Assembly (NCBI GenBank): GCA_963801125.1
Contig: CAWDDL010000014.1
Coordinates: forward strand, 1,209-65,208
From: an uncultured Actinomycetota bacterium
Lineage (GTDB): Bacteria > Actinomycetota > Actinomycetes > Propionibacteriales > Nocardioidaceae
Length of the DNA: 64,000 nt
Direction of reading: 5' to 3'
The notes beneath the pieces are model-generated. The model was not told the DNA's origin. It worked only from the letters and a program-made list of their open reading frames with translations, and made no database searches. The translations under genes were made by a program, and so were the position numbers. Below, in pieces: positions 18,878 through 26,977 of the stretch; position 1 is the first letter of the stretch, and each line of letters opens with the position of its first letter.

Positions 18878-20520
18878 CGTGCGCCTCCTACGAGGTGGGT
18901 CGAGGGGTCGGCGGTCGGCGCCGGCGCCGGCGCCGGAAGCCGGGTGGTGCGGCGTTTGCCGCCGCGAGCCTGCAGGCGTTCGTGGCGCCGCTCCAGGCGT
19001 CGCCTGCGGCGATCGGCACGGGCCTCGCGGTAGGCGACCGACAAGAAGGTTCCGAGCACCACGGTGTTCAGCACGTTCCAGACCAGCGCCAGGCTCAGTT
19101 CTCCGGTGACCACGGTCTTCCAGGTTCCGACGACCGTCGTCAACGCAAGGAACAGGAACACCAGGGTCTGGGCGAGGGTGAAGTTGAACGGTGACGTCGC
19201 CTTGCCGGTTCGTCCGGTGACGTGCCACTGCCGGTCACGACGGGTCAAGGCGTTCCAGAACGCGTGCAGGTAGATCGGGAACGACGAGGACGCCAGCATC
19301 AACGTCTCCCACCGGAACGACCCCATGGTGTAGAGGGCCACCACGATCTGCATGAAGTAGAAGCCGGCGTAGTAGAGGAACCAGGTGGTCATGGGCACGC
19401 CGAGGGCAACCGGCGTCAGGTCGAAGTAGATCTGCAGCGGCGGGACCAGCAGCAGCAGTGCCGGCGCGATCCCACTGAGGTAGAACGTCGCGGTCATGAA
19501 GTACTGGATCCGCTGGTCCGGCGTCAGCTTCCGCTTGCGGCTGAGCGGGTTGTGCTGGAGCAAGATCTCGAACGCACCGGTCGCCCAGCGCAGCTGCTGC
19601 TTGCTGTAGGCCTCGACGGTCTCGGGGGTATCGCCGATCGCGAGCACCTGAGGGGTGTAGATCGACTGCCAGCCTCGCTCGTGCAGCAGGATGGACGTCC
19701 AGATGTCCTCGGACTTCGACTCCTCGTAGATCCCGCCGATGTCGGCCACCGCATTGCGCCGGAACACGACGTTCGTGCCGACACAGAACGCGGCGTTGAA
19801 CCGGTTCTTGCCCGGCTGGATGAGCGCGTAGAAGACCGACTGCAGGTAGCCGGCACCTCGCGAGAGGACCGTGTGCAGGTTGCCGTAGGTCTGCGGGCTC
19901 TGCACGAACGCGACCTTGTCGGTCGCGAAGTACGGAAGGGTCTCGTGCAGGAACTCGGGCTTGGGTGCGAAGTCCGCGTCGAGGATGACGAAGAACTCCC
20001 CGTCGGTGAGCGACAGCGCGTGGTTGATGTTGCCGGCCTTCGCGCCGGTGTTCACGTCGCGGCGGATGTACTCCGCACCCAGCTCCTCGGCGATCGCGCG
20101 GACCTCGTCGGACTTGCCGTCGTCGAGAACGATGGTCCGGTGGCGCCCACGGATGGCCAGTGCGGACGCGACGGTCCGACGGATGACGGAGAGGTCCTCG
20201 CCGTACGTGGTGATGAACACGTCGACGGTCGCCTCCTCGCCGTGCAGGGTCAGCGGCCACTGTCGCGGGTCGTCAGCCGTCTCGTCGCCGATGACCCAGG
20301 AACGGTCGAACAGGTTGCGCCGCGCCGCGTGGTAGGCAAAGTCGCGGGCGTCGTACCCGCTGGAGAGGATCGTCCAGAGGGCGAGCAGCGCCTGGGCGAT
20401 CAGCCAGGTCTCGGCGGTGATGACCAGCACGAACGGCAGCAGGTCGCCGTGGCTCGAGGGGCGCAGCAAGAAGCTGGCGTAGGCCAGGACGCCGAGCGTG
20501 GCCAACAGCACCAGCATCAT
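18874..20520 (-). CDS. Processive family-2 glycosyltransferase (cellulose/curdlan-synthase-like beta-glycan synthase); start uncertain
   Basis: It shows the D, D, D, QxxRW architecture: VFITTYGED, VLDDGKS, ILDADF, SEDIWT, QQLRWATG. Two TM segments precede the catalytic domain and about 5 follow it. I chose ATG 20520 (MMLVLLATLG...). The upstream 125 codons of ORF 18874..20895 are R/P/S-rich and not protein-like. Confidence 0.85.
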   Translation of the reverse strand: MMLVLLATLGVLAYASFLLRPSSHGDLLPFVLVITAETWLIAQALLALWTILSSGYDARDFAYHAARRNLFDRSWVIGDETADDPRQWPLTLHGEEATVDVFITTYGEDLSVIRRTVASALAIRGRHRTIVLDDGKSDEVRAIAEELGAEYIRRDVNTGAKAGNINHALSLTDGEFFVILDADFAPKPEFLHETLPYFATDKVAFVQSPQTYGNLHTVLSRGAGYLQSVFYALIQPGKNRFNAAFCVGTNVVFRRNAVADIGGIYEESKSEDIWTSILLHERGWQSIYTPQVLAIGDTPETVEAYSKQQLRWATGAFEILLQHNPLSRKRKLTPDQRIQYFMTATFYLSGIAPALLLLVPPLQIYFDLTPVALGVPMTTWFLYYAGFYFMQIVVALYTMGSFRWETLMLASSSFPIYLHAFWNALTRRDRQWHVTGRTGKATSPFNFTLAQTLVFLFLALTTVVGTWKTVVTGELSLALVWNVLNTVVLGTFLSVAYREARADRRRRRLERRHERLQARGGKRRTTRLPAPAPAPTADPSTHLVGGAR

Positions 20521-20810
20521 CAGGGACGGCGAGCTGGCGCGTGCGGATGCAGCGCCGTGGGCGGCGCCGGCGGGCTCTGTCGCCCGCGAGGAATGGGCAG
20601 GTCGATCGAAGGGCGTCGTGGCGATAGCTGGGACTCCAAGAGGGATGAGCACGGCTGGACACCAACCGGGGCGTCGGCGCGAAGACCGTGGGACGGGGCG
20701 GATCGAACCGCGATGGGGCGATGTCGCCCGGGTCCCGTCGTCGTCGTCGGGAGCGCCCGGATCGCACGAGGCGGCCCGGTGGGCGAAACAAGGTGGGATG
20801 TGCGCAGACG

Positions 20811-20996
20811 TGCGCTGATCGTGCGTGTCCCCCGCTCGTTCCAGGATAACGACCTGACGGAGCCGACCCAAGCCCGGGCGTGTCGGCTCGCGCACCCGGG
20901 CCGGACTGACGCAACCTTGAGGAGGGTCGCGGCGTCATACGGATGAGGTTGCACCGCCCGGTGCGCACGACGAGATGACGTGAACGGGGACACACG
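20811..20996 (+). promoter_or_regulatory. Candidate structured 5' leader of the L,D-transpeptidase gene (weak resemblance to the ydaO/c-di-AMP riboswitch)
   Basis: In order, the leader contains GCGCTGATCG, ACGGAGCCGACCCA and CGCACCCGGGCCGGACTGACGCAACCTTGAGGAGG. These loosely recall the CGCUNAAUC, ACGGGGGACCCA and CACCCGACAGCUAACCUCG elements. The GGGGUGAAUC element was not found. An additional inverted repeat GCAACCT...AGGTTGC lies at about 20920-20952. Confidence 0.25.
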
Positions 20997-22133
20997 ATGA
21001 GGAACTCTGCCCGCCGCCTGGCCGTCGCCTTGGCGATGTTCACCGTGCTGGTCACCGGCGGAGGCACGGCGTACGGCGTGCTCGGCCTCGCCGGCAGCGA
21101 ACAAGCGGGGCCGACGCGGTCCGGCGAGCCACTCGAGCCGGTGCAGGTCGCACCAGTGCAGCCCGTCGCAGTGCAGCCGACTGCGCGGCACGACCTCGAA
21201 GATCGCGAGGTCGCCCCGGTGGCCACGATCGACCCCGTGCCCGAGCCCGAGCCGGTGCTCGAGCCGGGCGACCGCGGCCGGCAGGTGCGCGAGCTGCAGG
21301 CACGGCTGGCCCAGCTCGCCTGGTTCGCTCCGATGACCACCGGCGACTACGACGCCGCGACCCGGACGGCCGTGCGCGGGTTCCAGGACAAGCGCGGCTT
21401 CGAGGCGACCGGGGTCGTCGACCCACGCACCTGGAAGCGGTTGGTCGCGATGAGCAACGAGCCGACCGGGGCCGAGCTGTTCAACAAGCCCGGCCCGACG
21501 CTGATCGGCCCTGGCGACGACGGTCCCGAGGTGCGCGAGCTGGAGGCACGACTCCGCCAGATCGCCTGGTTCTTCGGCGACGTCGACGACACCTTCGATG
21601 ACCAGACCGACGAGGCCGTTCGCGGCTTCCAGGCCAAGCGCGGGATCCCGGTCACCGGGGAGGTCGACCAGCGCACCCTGGACCTGCTGGAGGCGATGAC
21701 CTCCGAGCCGACCGCCGACGCGCTGCACAACCGCGCGCCCGACCCCGCAGACGGCTCCGCGCTCGACCCGCGATGCACCACCGGGCGCGCGCTGTGCATC
21801 GACAAGTCCACGAGCAGCCTGCGCTGGGTCGTGGACGGCCGGGTGCTGAGCAGCCTCGACGTCCGCTTCGGCGCGCAGTACACGCCGACCCGCGAGGGCC
21901 TGTTCCACGTGTACTGGAAGGACGCGGACCACGTGTCGAACCTCTTCGGCTCGTCCATGCCCCTGTCGATGTTCTTCAGCCGCGGTCAGGCGGTGCACTA
22001 CTCCTCGGACTTCGCCGCCCGTGGCTACGCCGGCGCATCACACGGCTGCGTGAACGTCCGTGACTACGACGCGCTGGCCTCGCTGTTCGACCAGGTGTCC
22101 GTCGGCGACAAGGTCGTCGTCTACTGGTCCTGA
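20997..22133 (+). CDS. L,D-transpeptidase (YkuD) with two PG_binding_1 domains and an N-terminal membrane anchor
   Basis: 378 aa. It has two peptidoglycan-binding repeats (VRELQARLAQLAW...AVRGFQDKRG; VRELEARLRQIAW...AVRGFQAKRG). The YkuD catalytic motif is HYSSDF...SHGCVNV. Confidence 0.85.
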   Translation: MRNSARRLAVALAMFTVLVTGGGTAYGVLGLAGSEQAGPTRSGEPLEPVQVAPVQPVAVQPTARHDLEDREVAPVATIDPVPEPEPVLEPGDRGRQVRELQARLAQLAWFAPMTTGDYDAATRTAVRGFQDKRGFEATGVVDPRTWKRLVAMSNEPTGAELFNKPGPTLIGPGDDGPEVRELEARLRQIAWFFGDVDDTFDDQTDEAVRGFQAKRGIPVTGEVDQRTLDLLEAMTSEPTADALHNRAPDPADGSALDPRCTTGRALCIDKSTSSLRWVVDGRVLSSLDVRFGAQYTPTREGLFHVYWKDADHVSNLFGSSMPLSMFFSRGQAVHYSSDFAARGYAGASHGCVNVRDYDALASLFDQVSVGDKVVVYWS

Positions 22134-22332
22134 GCCCACCGACGCGTGCGCGTCGTCACCGACCGGACGTGGATCGTCTCGCTCCCGTCCGTCGGATCGA
22201 CGCTGCATACCGCCGCGTCTACAGCACGGGTGTCGAGACGAGTACCCCGAGCGTTGATGCTCGCTGGGTGAGTCGTGGCCCCGAGCCGTAGATGCGCACC
22301 CCTGCACCTCCTCGTGACCATGCCGAGGGCAC

Positions 22333-22365
22333 CCCCTTGACAAGATTTATTGTCAAGGGGATGGT
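22333..22365 (+). promoter_or_regulatory. 11-6-11 perfect inverted repeat (CCCCTTGACAA-gattta-TTGTCAAGGGG) overlapping a TTGACA/-10-like promoter; putative ArsR-type operator
   Basis: The repeat spans 22333-22360. TTGACA is at 22337-22342, followed by a 17-nt spacer and GATGGT at 22360-22365. The ATG at 22372 lies 6 nt further on, which suggests a leaderless transcript. Confidence 0.55.
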
Positions 22366-22371
22366 GGCGAC

Positions 22372-22950
22372 ATGCAGGACGTCGAGATCATCGAGAGCGC
22401 GGAGGCAGCCGCCGCCGCGCTGGATCCGGTCCGGGCCCGGCTGCTCGGCGAGCTGGCCGTCCCGGCCTCCGCCGCCGGGCTCGCCGCCCGAGTCGGCATC
22501 GCGCGCCAGAGGGTCAACTACCACCTCAAGGCGCTCGAGGCGCACGGGCTGGTGGAGCTGTCCGGCGAGCGCCGGCACGGGGGCATCACCGAGCGGGTGC
22601 TGCAGGCGTCGGCGGCGTCGTACGTCGTGTCGCCGGCGGCCGTCAGCGCGTCCGCCGCCGATCCGGAAGCCAACGCCGACCACCTGTCGGCAAGCTACCT
22701 CGTCGCGCTGGCCGGTCGGCTGGTGCGCGAGATCGGCGCCCTGGCGCGCCGGGCAGGCGCGTCCGGCAAGCGCCTGCCGACGCTGACCATCGACACGCAG
22801 ATCGGCTTCCGGTCGGCCGCCGACCGGGCTGCCTTCGCCGACGACCTGACCGCCGCGGTGCTCGACCTGGCCGCTCGCTACCACCACGACGACGGGCGCC
22901 CGCACCGGCTCCTCGTCGCCGCCCACCCCCTTCCTGAGGAGAACCTATGA
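22372..22950 (+). CDS. ArsR/SmtB-type winged-helix transcriptional regulator
   Basis: 192 aa with an N-terminal wHTH (LDPVRARLLGELA.PASAAGLAARVGIARQRVNYHLKALEAHGLV). It overlaps the downstream SRPBCC gene, which is a common pairing. Confidence 0.75.
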   Translation: MQDVEIIESAEAAAAALDPVRARLLGELAVPASAAGLAARVGIARQRVNYHLKALEAHGLVELSGERRHGGITERVLQASAASYVVSPAAVSASAADPEANADHLSASYLVALAGRLVREIGALARRAGASGKRLPTLTIDTQIGFRSAADRAAFADDLTAAVLDLAARYHHDDGRPHRLLVAAHPLPEENL

Positions 22951-23738
22951 GCACCACCCCGAACGTCCCGTACCGCCTGGAGTTCAGCGTCCAGGTCCCG
23001 GGCACCCCGGAGCAGGTCTGGCAAGCCATCGCCACCGCCAAGGGCATGAGCGCCTGGTTCGCGCCGACCGAGATGGAGGAGCGCGAAGGCGGCTCCTTGC
23101 ACTTCACCATGGGCCCGGAGATGGGCTCGGACGGCCAGGTCACCGCATGGGAGCCGCCGCGCCGCCTCGTCTACGAGGAAGACTGGGCCGCCCTCATGGG
23201 CAAGGACCCCGATGCGCTCAGCCCGCTGACGTCGGAGTTCCTCGTCGAGGCACAGTCCGGCGGAACCTGCATCGTGCGCGTCACCAGCAGCGGCTTCGGA
23301 ACCGGCGCCGCCTGGGAGTCGGAGTTCTGGGACACCATGGCCCCCGGATGGATGCCGTTCTTCGACAACCTGCGCCTCTACCTGTCGCACTTCCCCGGCC
23401 AGGAGGCCACACACCTGGAGGCCACCGCCTCCCACCCCGGCGACGCGGAGGCGCTCTGGTCAACCCTGCACGACGCGCTCGGGCTGGGCGACGAGGGCGC
23501 CACGGTCGAGGTGCGCGGCGCCACCGGCACGGTCGAACGCGTCGGTGAGCGGCAGACGCTGGTCCGGCTCACCGCGCCGGTGCCCGGAATGCTCAGCGTC
23601 TTCGCGTGGGACGAGGGCGGCGGCAAGGCGACGGCGGGCGTGCGGGCGTACCTGTTCTCCGCAGAAGCGGCGGACTACGTGCGGCGCGAAGAGCCGGCCT
23701 GGCAGGCCTGGCTGCAGGGAATCTCCGTCCCGGCCTGA
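22947..23738 (+). CDS. SRPBCC (AHSA1/START-like) domain protein
   Basis: 263 aa (…VPGTPEQVWQAIATAKGMSAWFAP…GQVTAWEPPRRLVYEE…). Confidence 0.7.
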   Translation: MSTTPNVPYRLEFSVQVPGTPEQVWQAIATAKGMSAWFAPTEMEEREGGSLHFTMGPEMGSDGQVTAWEPPRRLVYEEDWAALMGKDPDALSPLTSEFLVEAQSGGTCIVRVTSSGFGTGAAWESEFWDTMAPGWMPFFDNLRLYLSHFPGQEATHLEATASHPGDAEALWSTLHDALGLGDEGATVEVRGATGTVERVGERQTLVRLTAPVPGMLSVFAWDEGGGKATAGVRAYLFSAEAADYVRREEPAWQAWLQGISVPA

Positions 23739-23840
23739 TCTTCTTCCGTTACCGAGGGCGGCCCTGTCGATGCAGGTGCGTCTATCCGCCCCGAACGATC
23801 GGCACCAGGCAGTCGGCGGGCGGCGGCGTGTTGTGACCGA

Positions 23841-24737
23841 TCACGCCTCTTGGGGGTCCGTACCGGCTGAGCGGCTCTGGCTTCGAAAGGTGCCCGGTGT
23901 CAGTTGGGTCTGGCGCCGGAAGTACGAGGAGAAGTTCGACGCGTCGTCGAAGCCGAGCTGCTGGGCGATCTCCGAAACCGAGTCGTCGGCGTGGCTGAGC
24001 TGCCGTTTCGCCTCCAGTACGACGCGCTCGTCGATGAGCTCCTTGGCTGACATGCCGGTGTGCTGTCGCGCGAGGCGGTTGAGGGTGCGGGTGGAGTAGC
24101 CCAGACGGTCGGCGTACTGGCTGACCTTGTGCCAGCTCCGGAACTGCTCCTCGATGTGGTCGCGGAACCAGGTGTAGGCCTCGTGGGTCGGCCCGGGAGC
24201 GGGCGCGGCGCCGGCCGGTTCGACGAGGGCGAGCTGGACGAGGAGCACGGCGAGGCAATGGGCAAGCGCGACCTGACGTAGACCTGTGCGCTCTGTGGCT
24301 TGTGGGTCGGTGGAGGTGAGGACCAACAAGGCGAGGGCCTGCGAGACGGGTGTGCCCGCCAGGTCGGCCGCGGGCCAGTGGCTTCGTGGGCGATCCAGGT
24401 GCGACCTGATGAGATCCCTGGTGCGCTCGTCCACGGTGTGGGCGCCGAACATCGCGACCGAGCCCTCGACGTCGGCGATCGCTCCCCAGTGGTGGACCTG
24501 GCCTGCGTGCACCCACAAGACGTCGCCGGCTCCCAAGGTGTAGTCGGTGAAGTCGACGGTGTGCCGGGCGGAGCCGCTCTCGATGTGCACGAGCAGGTCG
24601 AAGTCCAGGCGTTGGGGGGTGAGGAACTCATGGGGCCCGCCGCGGTCACGGATCCCTCGCAGCGTGTTCATCTCGATGTCGCCCACGCTCGCATCGGGCG
24701 GGCGGAAACGCACGCGGCGGACAGCAGAATGTCCCAT
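23841..24737 (-). CDS. AraC-family transcriptional regulator with N-terminal cupin domain
   Basis: The C-terminal HTH pair reads YADRLGYSTRTLNRLARQHTGMSAKELIDERVVLEAKRQL...EIAQQLGFDDASNFSSYFRRQT. I chose ATG 24737 because third-position GC drops upstream of it. Confidence 0.8.
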   Translation of the reverse strand: MGHSAVRRVRFRPPDASVGDIEMNTLRGIRDRGGPHEFLTPQRLDFDLLVHIESGSARHTVDFTDYTLGAGDVLWVHAGQVHHWGAIADVEGSVAMFGAHTVDERTRDLIRSHLDRPRSHWPAADLAGTPVSQALALLVLTSTDPQATERTGLRQVALAHCLAVLLVQLALVEPAGAAPAPGPTHEAYTWFRDHIEEQFRSWHKVSQYADRLGYSTRTLNRLARQHTGMSAKELIDERVVLEAKRQLSHADDSVSEIAQQLGFDDASNFSSYFRRQTQLTPGTFRSQSRSAGTDPQEA

Positions 24738-24801
24738 TCTCACCATCAGCGTTCCCGTCGTCACCGTGAATGTCGTTCGGCTTGGTCCTACGGTTACCAG
24801 C

Positions 24802-25608
24802 ATGTCAAACCTTACGTACACCGTTATCGATGCGGCGGATTCGTCGCTGAACAAGACCAGCGTGCTGGTCACCGGAGAGACCGAGGCGCTGGTGGTCGAC
24901 GCGGCATTCACGCGCGCGGACGGTCACCGGATAGTCGCCGAGGTGCTCGACTCGGGCAAGCGACTCACGGCCGTGGTCGTCAGCGCGGGGGACCCGGACT
25001 TCTACTTCGGAGCCGAGGTCATCGCCGACGCCTTCCCAGAAGCCGTCTTCCTGGCTCCGCAGGGCGTCATCGAGCACATCAAGCACAGCTACGAGGGCAA
25101 GCTCCGGGCGTGGGCGCACCTCGGTCCGAACCTGCCGACCCGCCTGGTCGCCCTGACCCCGCTGACCGCGACCTCGCTTACCGTCGATGGCACCACGATC
25201 GAGGTACGACGCGGCAGCGACCTGCTCGGCGACCGGTCGTGGCACCTGTTCGAGCCGGCATCGCGCTCACTGTTCGGCGGCGTGCTGCTGTTCGAGGGAC
25301 TCCACGTGTGGACCGCCGACAGCGCCACCCCGGAGCTGAGGGCCGAGTGGATCCGCGTACTGGACGAACTGGAGGCGCTCGACCCGGCGTACGTCGTCGC
25401 GGGCCACCGGACCGCCGGCGCCCCGACGGACCTGACCGCCATCAGCCACACCCGCGATTACCTCGAGCTCTTCGAGAAGACCGTCGCCGCATCGGCAGAC
25501 GCAGCCGATGCCGAGGCATCACTCCTGGCGGCCTACCCGGACGCCGGACTGAAGATCGCCGCAAGCCTCGGCACCAAGGTCGCCACGGACGAGATGACAT
25601 GGGGCTGA
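24802..25608 (+). CDS. MBL-fold metallo-hydrolase-like protein
   Basis: 268 aa from ATG 24802 within ORF 24547..25608 (…LVVDAAFTRADGHRIVAEVLDSGKRLTAVVVSAGDPDFYFG…VVAGH…). It is divergent from the AraC gene. Confidence 0.6.
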   Translation: MSNLTYTVIDAADSSLNKTSVLVTGETEALVVDAAFTRADGHRIVAEVLDSGKRLTAVVVSAGDPDFYFGAEVIADAFPEAVFLAPQGVIEHIKHSYEGKLRAWAHLGPNLPTRLVALTPLTATSLTVDGTTIEVRRGSDLLGDRSWHLFEPASRSLFGGVLLFEGLHVWTADSATPELRAEWIRVLDELEALDPAYVVAGHRTAGAPTDLTAISHTRDYLELFEKTVAASADAADAEASLLAAYPDAGLKIAASLGTKVATDEMTWG

Positions 25609-26003
25609 TCCCAGAACCAGGCCCGGCCGACGTCGTACGACGCCAGTACCTCGCCTCGGCGGCCGGCGACCTGGATGCCCTGCGCGCAACGCTCGCCCCG
25701 GATGTCGAGTGGACCGAGATGGCGGGATTCCCGCTCGCCGGCACCTACCGCACACCCGAAGGCGTGACCGCCAACGTCATGGAGAAGCTGGCCGCCGTGT
25801 GGGACGACTGGACCGCGCATGACGACATCTACGTCGTCGACGGCGAGAACATCGTCGTGCTCGCCCGCTACACAGCCCGGAACCGGACCACCAGCAAGGC
25901 CCTGGCTGTGCGGGTGGCCCATCACTTCATCGTGCGAAGCGGACTCATCGTCCGGTTCGAACAATTCGTCGACACCGCACTCGTCCGCGACGCGGCCAGC
26001 TGA
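25599..26003 (+). CDS. SnoaL-like / NTF2-fold protein
   Basis: 134 aa (…VVRRQYLASAAGDLDALRATLAPDVEWTEMAGFPLAGTYRTPEGV…IVRFEQFVDTA…). It overlaps the MBL gene by 10 nt. Confidence 0.65.
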   Translation: MGLIPEPGPADVVRRQYLASAAGDLDALRATLAPDVEWTEMAGFPLAGTYRTPEGVTANVMEKLAAVWDDWTAHDDIYVVDGENIVVLARYTARNRTTSKALAVRVAHHFIVRSGLIVRFEQFVDTALVRDAAS

Positions 26004-26219
26004 CGCGAAGCGATCCCAGCCAGTCCCATCAGCCGGAGAGCTTGAGTGGCACCCCTCCGATAGCAGCGGACGTGCGTCACACTGCCGCCAGTCGCGCGCT
26101 GGGCGTCTACCGGATCTGGCCGACAACCGGGCCCGCCGTTCTGCCCGCCCCCCGAGAAAACCCGTTGCGAGTGGTCCGGCCAGGATGTCGGGTTGGCGTT
26201 CACCGAACACGAGACGGAG

Positions 26220-26801
26220 ATGACGCGGATGTCGCTACCCACCCCCACCCTGCACTCCGCTCGCCTCCTGCTGCGTCCTTTCAACGAGGCGGATGCGGAC
26301 GCCCTCTTCGCGCTGCACAGCAATGCCTACGTGCTGCGCTATTGGGACTCGCCGCCGTGGAGCGAACCAGGGCGCGCCGAGCGGTTCATTGCGGCATGCC
26401 GGCAGATGGCAGAGGAAGGCACCGGGACGCGGCTGGCCGTGGACCGTATTTCGGACGGGGCGTTCATCGGCTGGTGCAGTCTTACCCGGTGGAACCCGGA
26501 GTTCCGCAGCGCGTCGATGGGCTACTGCTTCGATGACGCAGCATGGGGCCACGGCTATGCGACGGAGGCCGCGCGTGCCTTGCTGGAGTGGGGATTCGAC
26601 TCACTGGACCTGAATCGAGTCCAGGCCGAAACCGATACGCGCAACGCGGCATCTGCCCGCGTCCTGGAGAAACTGGGATTCGTGTGTGAAGGGACATTGC
26701 GAGAAGACTGCGTCGTAAACGGCGACGTGTCGGACTCGCGGGTCTACGGGCTGCTCAGGCGTGAGTGGACGCCGCCATCCCGGCCGGTTCCCGGCCTCTG
26801 A
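26220..26801 (+). CDS. GNAT-family N-acetyltransferase (RimJ/RimL-like)
   Basis: It has an acetyltransferase core (IGWCSL...MGYCFDDAAWGHGYATEAARALLEWGFDSLDLNRVQAETDTRNAASARVLEKLGF). ATG 26229 is an alternative start. Confidence 0.8.
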   Translation: MTRMSLPTPTLHSARLLLRPFNEADADALFALHSNAYVLRYWDSPPWSEPGRAERFIAACRQMAEEGTGTRLAVDRISDGAFIGWCSLTRWNPEFRSASMGYCFDDAAWGHGYATEAARALLEWGFDSLDLNRVQAETDTRNAASARVLEKLGFVCEGTLREDCVVNGDVSDSRVYGLLRREWTPPSRPVPGL

Positions 26802-26977
26802 TTACTCGTCGCCCGCGTGCTTCGATCCGTTGACCGGATGTGGCCGGCACAGTCGCTGTATCCCGCCACGATCTGCTCGGTTGCGTCTATCCGCCGCGTA
26901 CGGGGACCGCGCAGGGACGTTCACCCCAGGCTGGGTTGGGCTCGCCAACGCTCCTCGCGCCAGAGACCGGAAGGTCG

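Noticed and set aside
20521-20895. Upstream extension of the GT2 synthase ORF to 673 aa
   Set aside because: The extra 125 residues are R/P/S-rich with no hydrophobic or domain character. The first TM helix begins right after the tandem ATG at 20520/20517. The true start remains unverified.
22139-22155. CGACGCG-TG-CGCGTCG inverted repeat after the L,D-transpeptidase stop, considered as a terminator
   Set aside because: The loop is too small for the full stem, there is no U-tract, and the GC-rich background makes 6-7-bp inverted repeats common.
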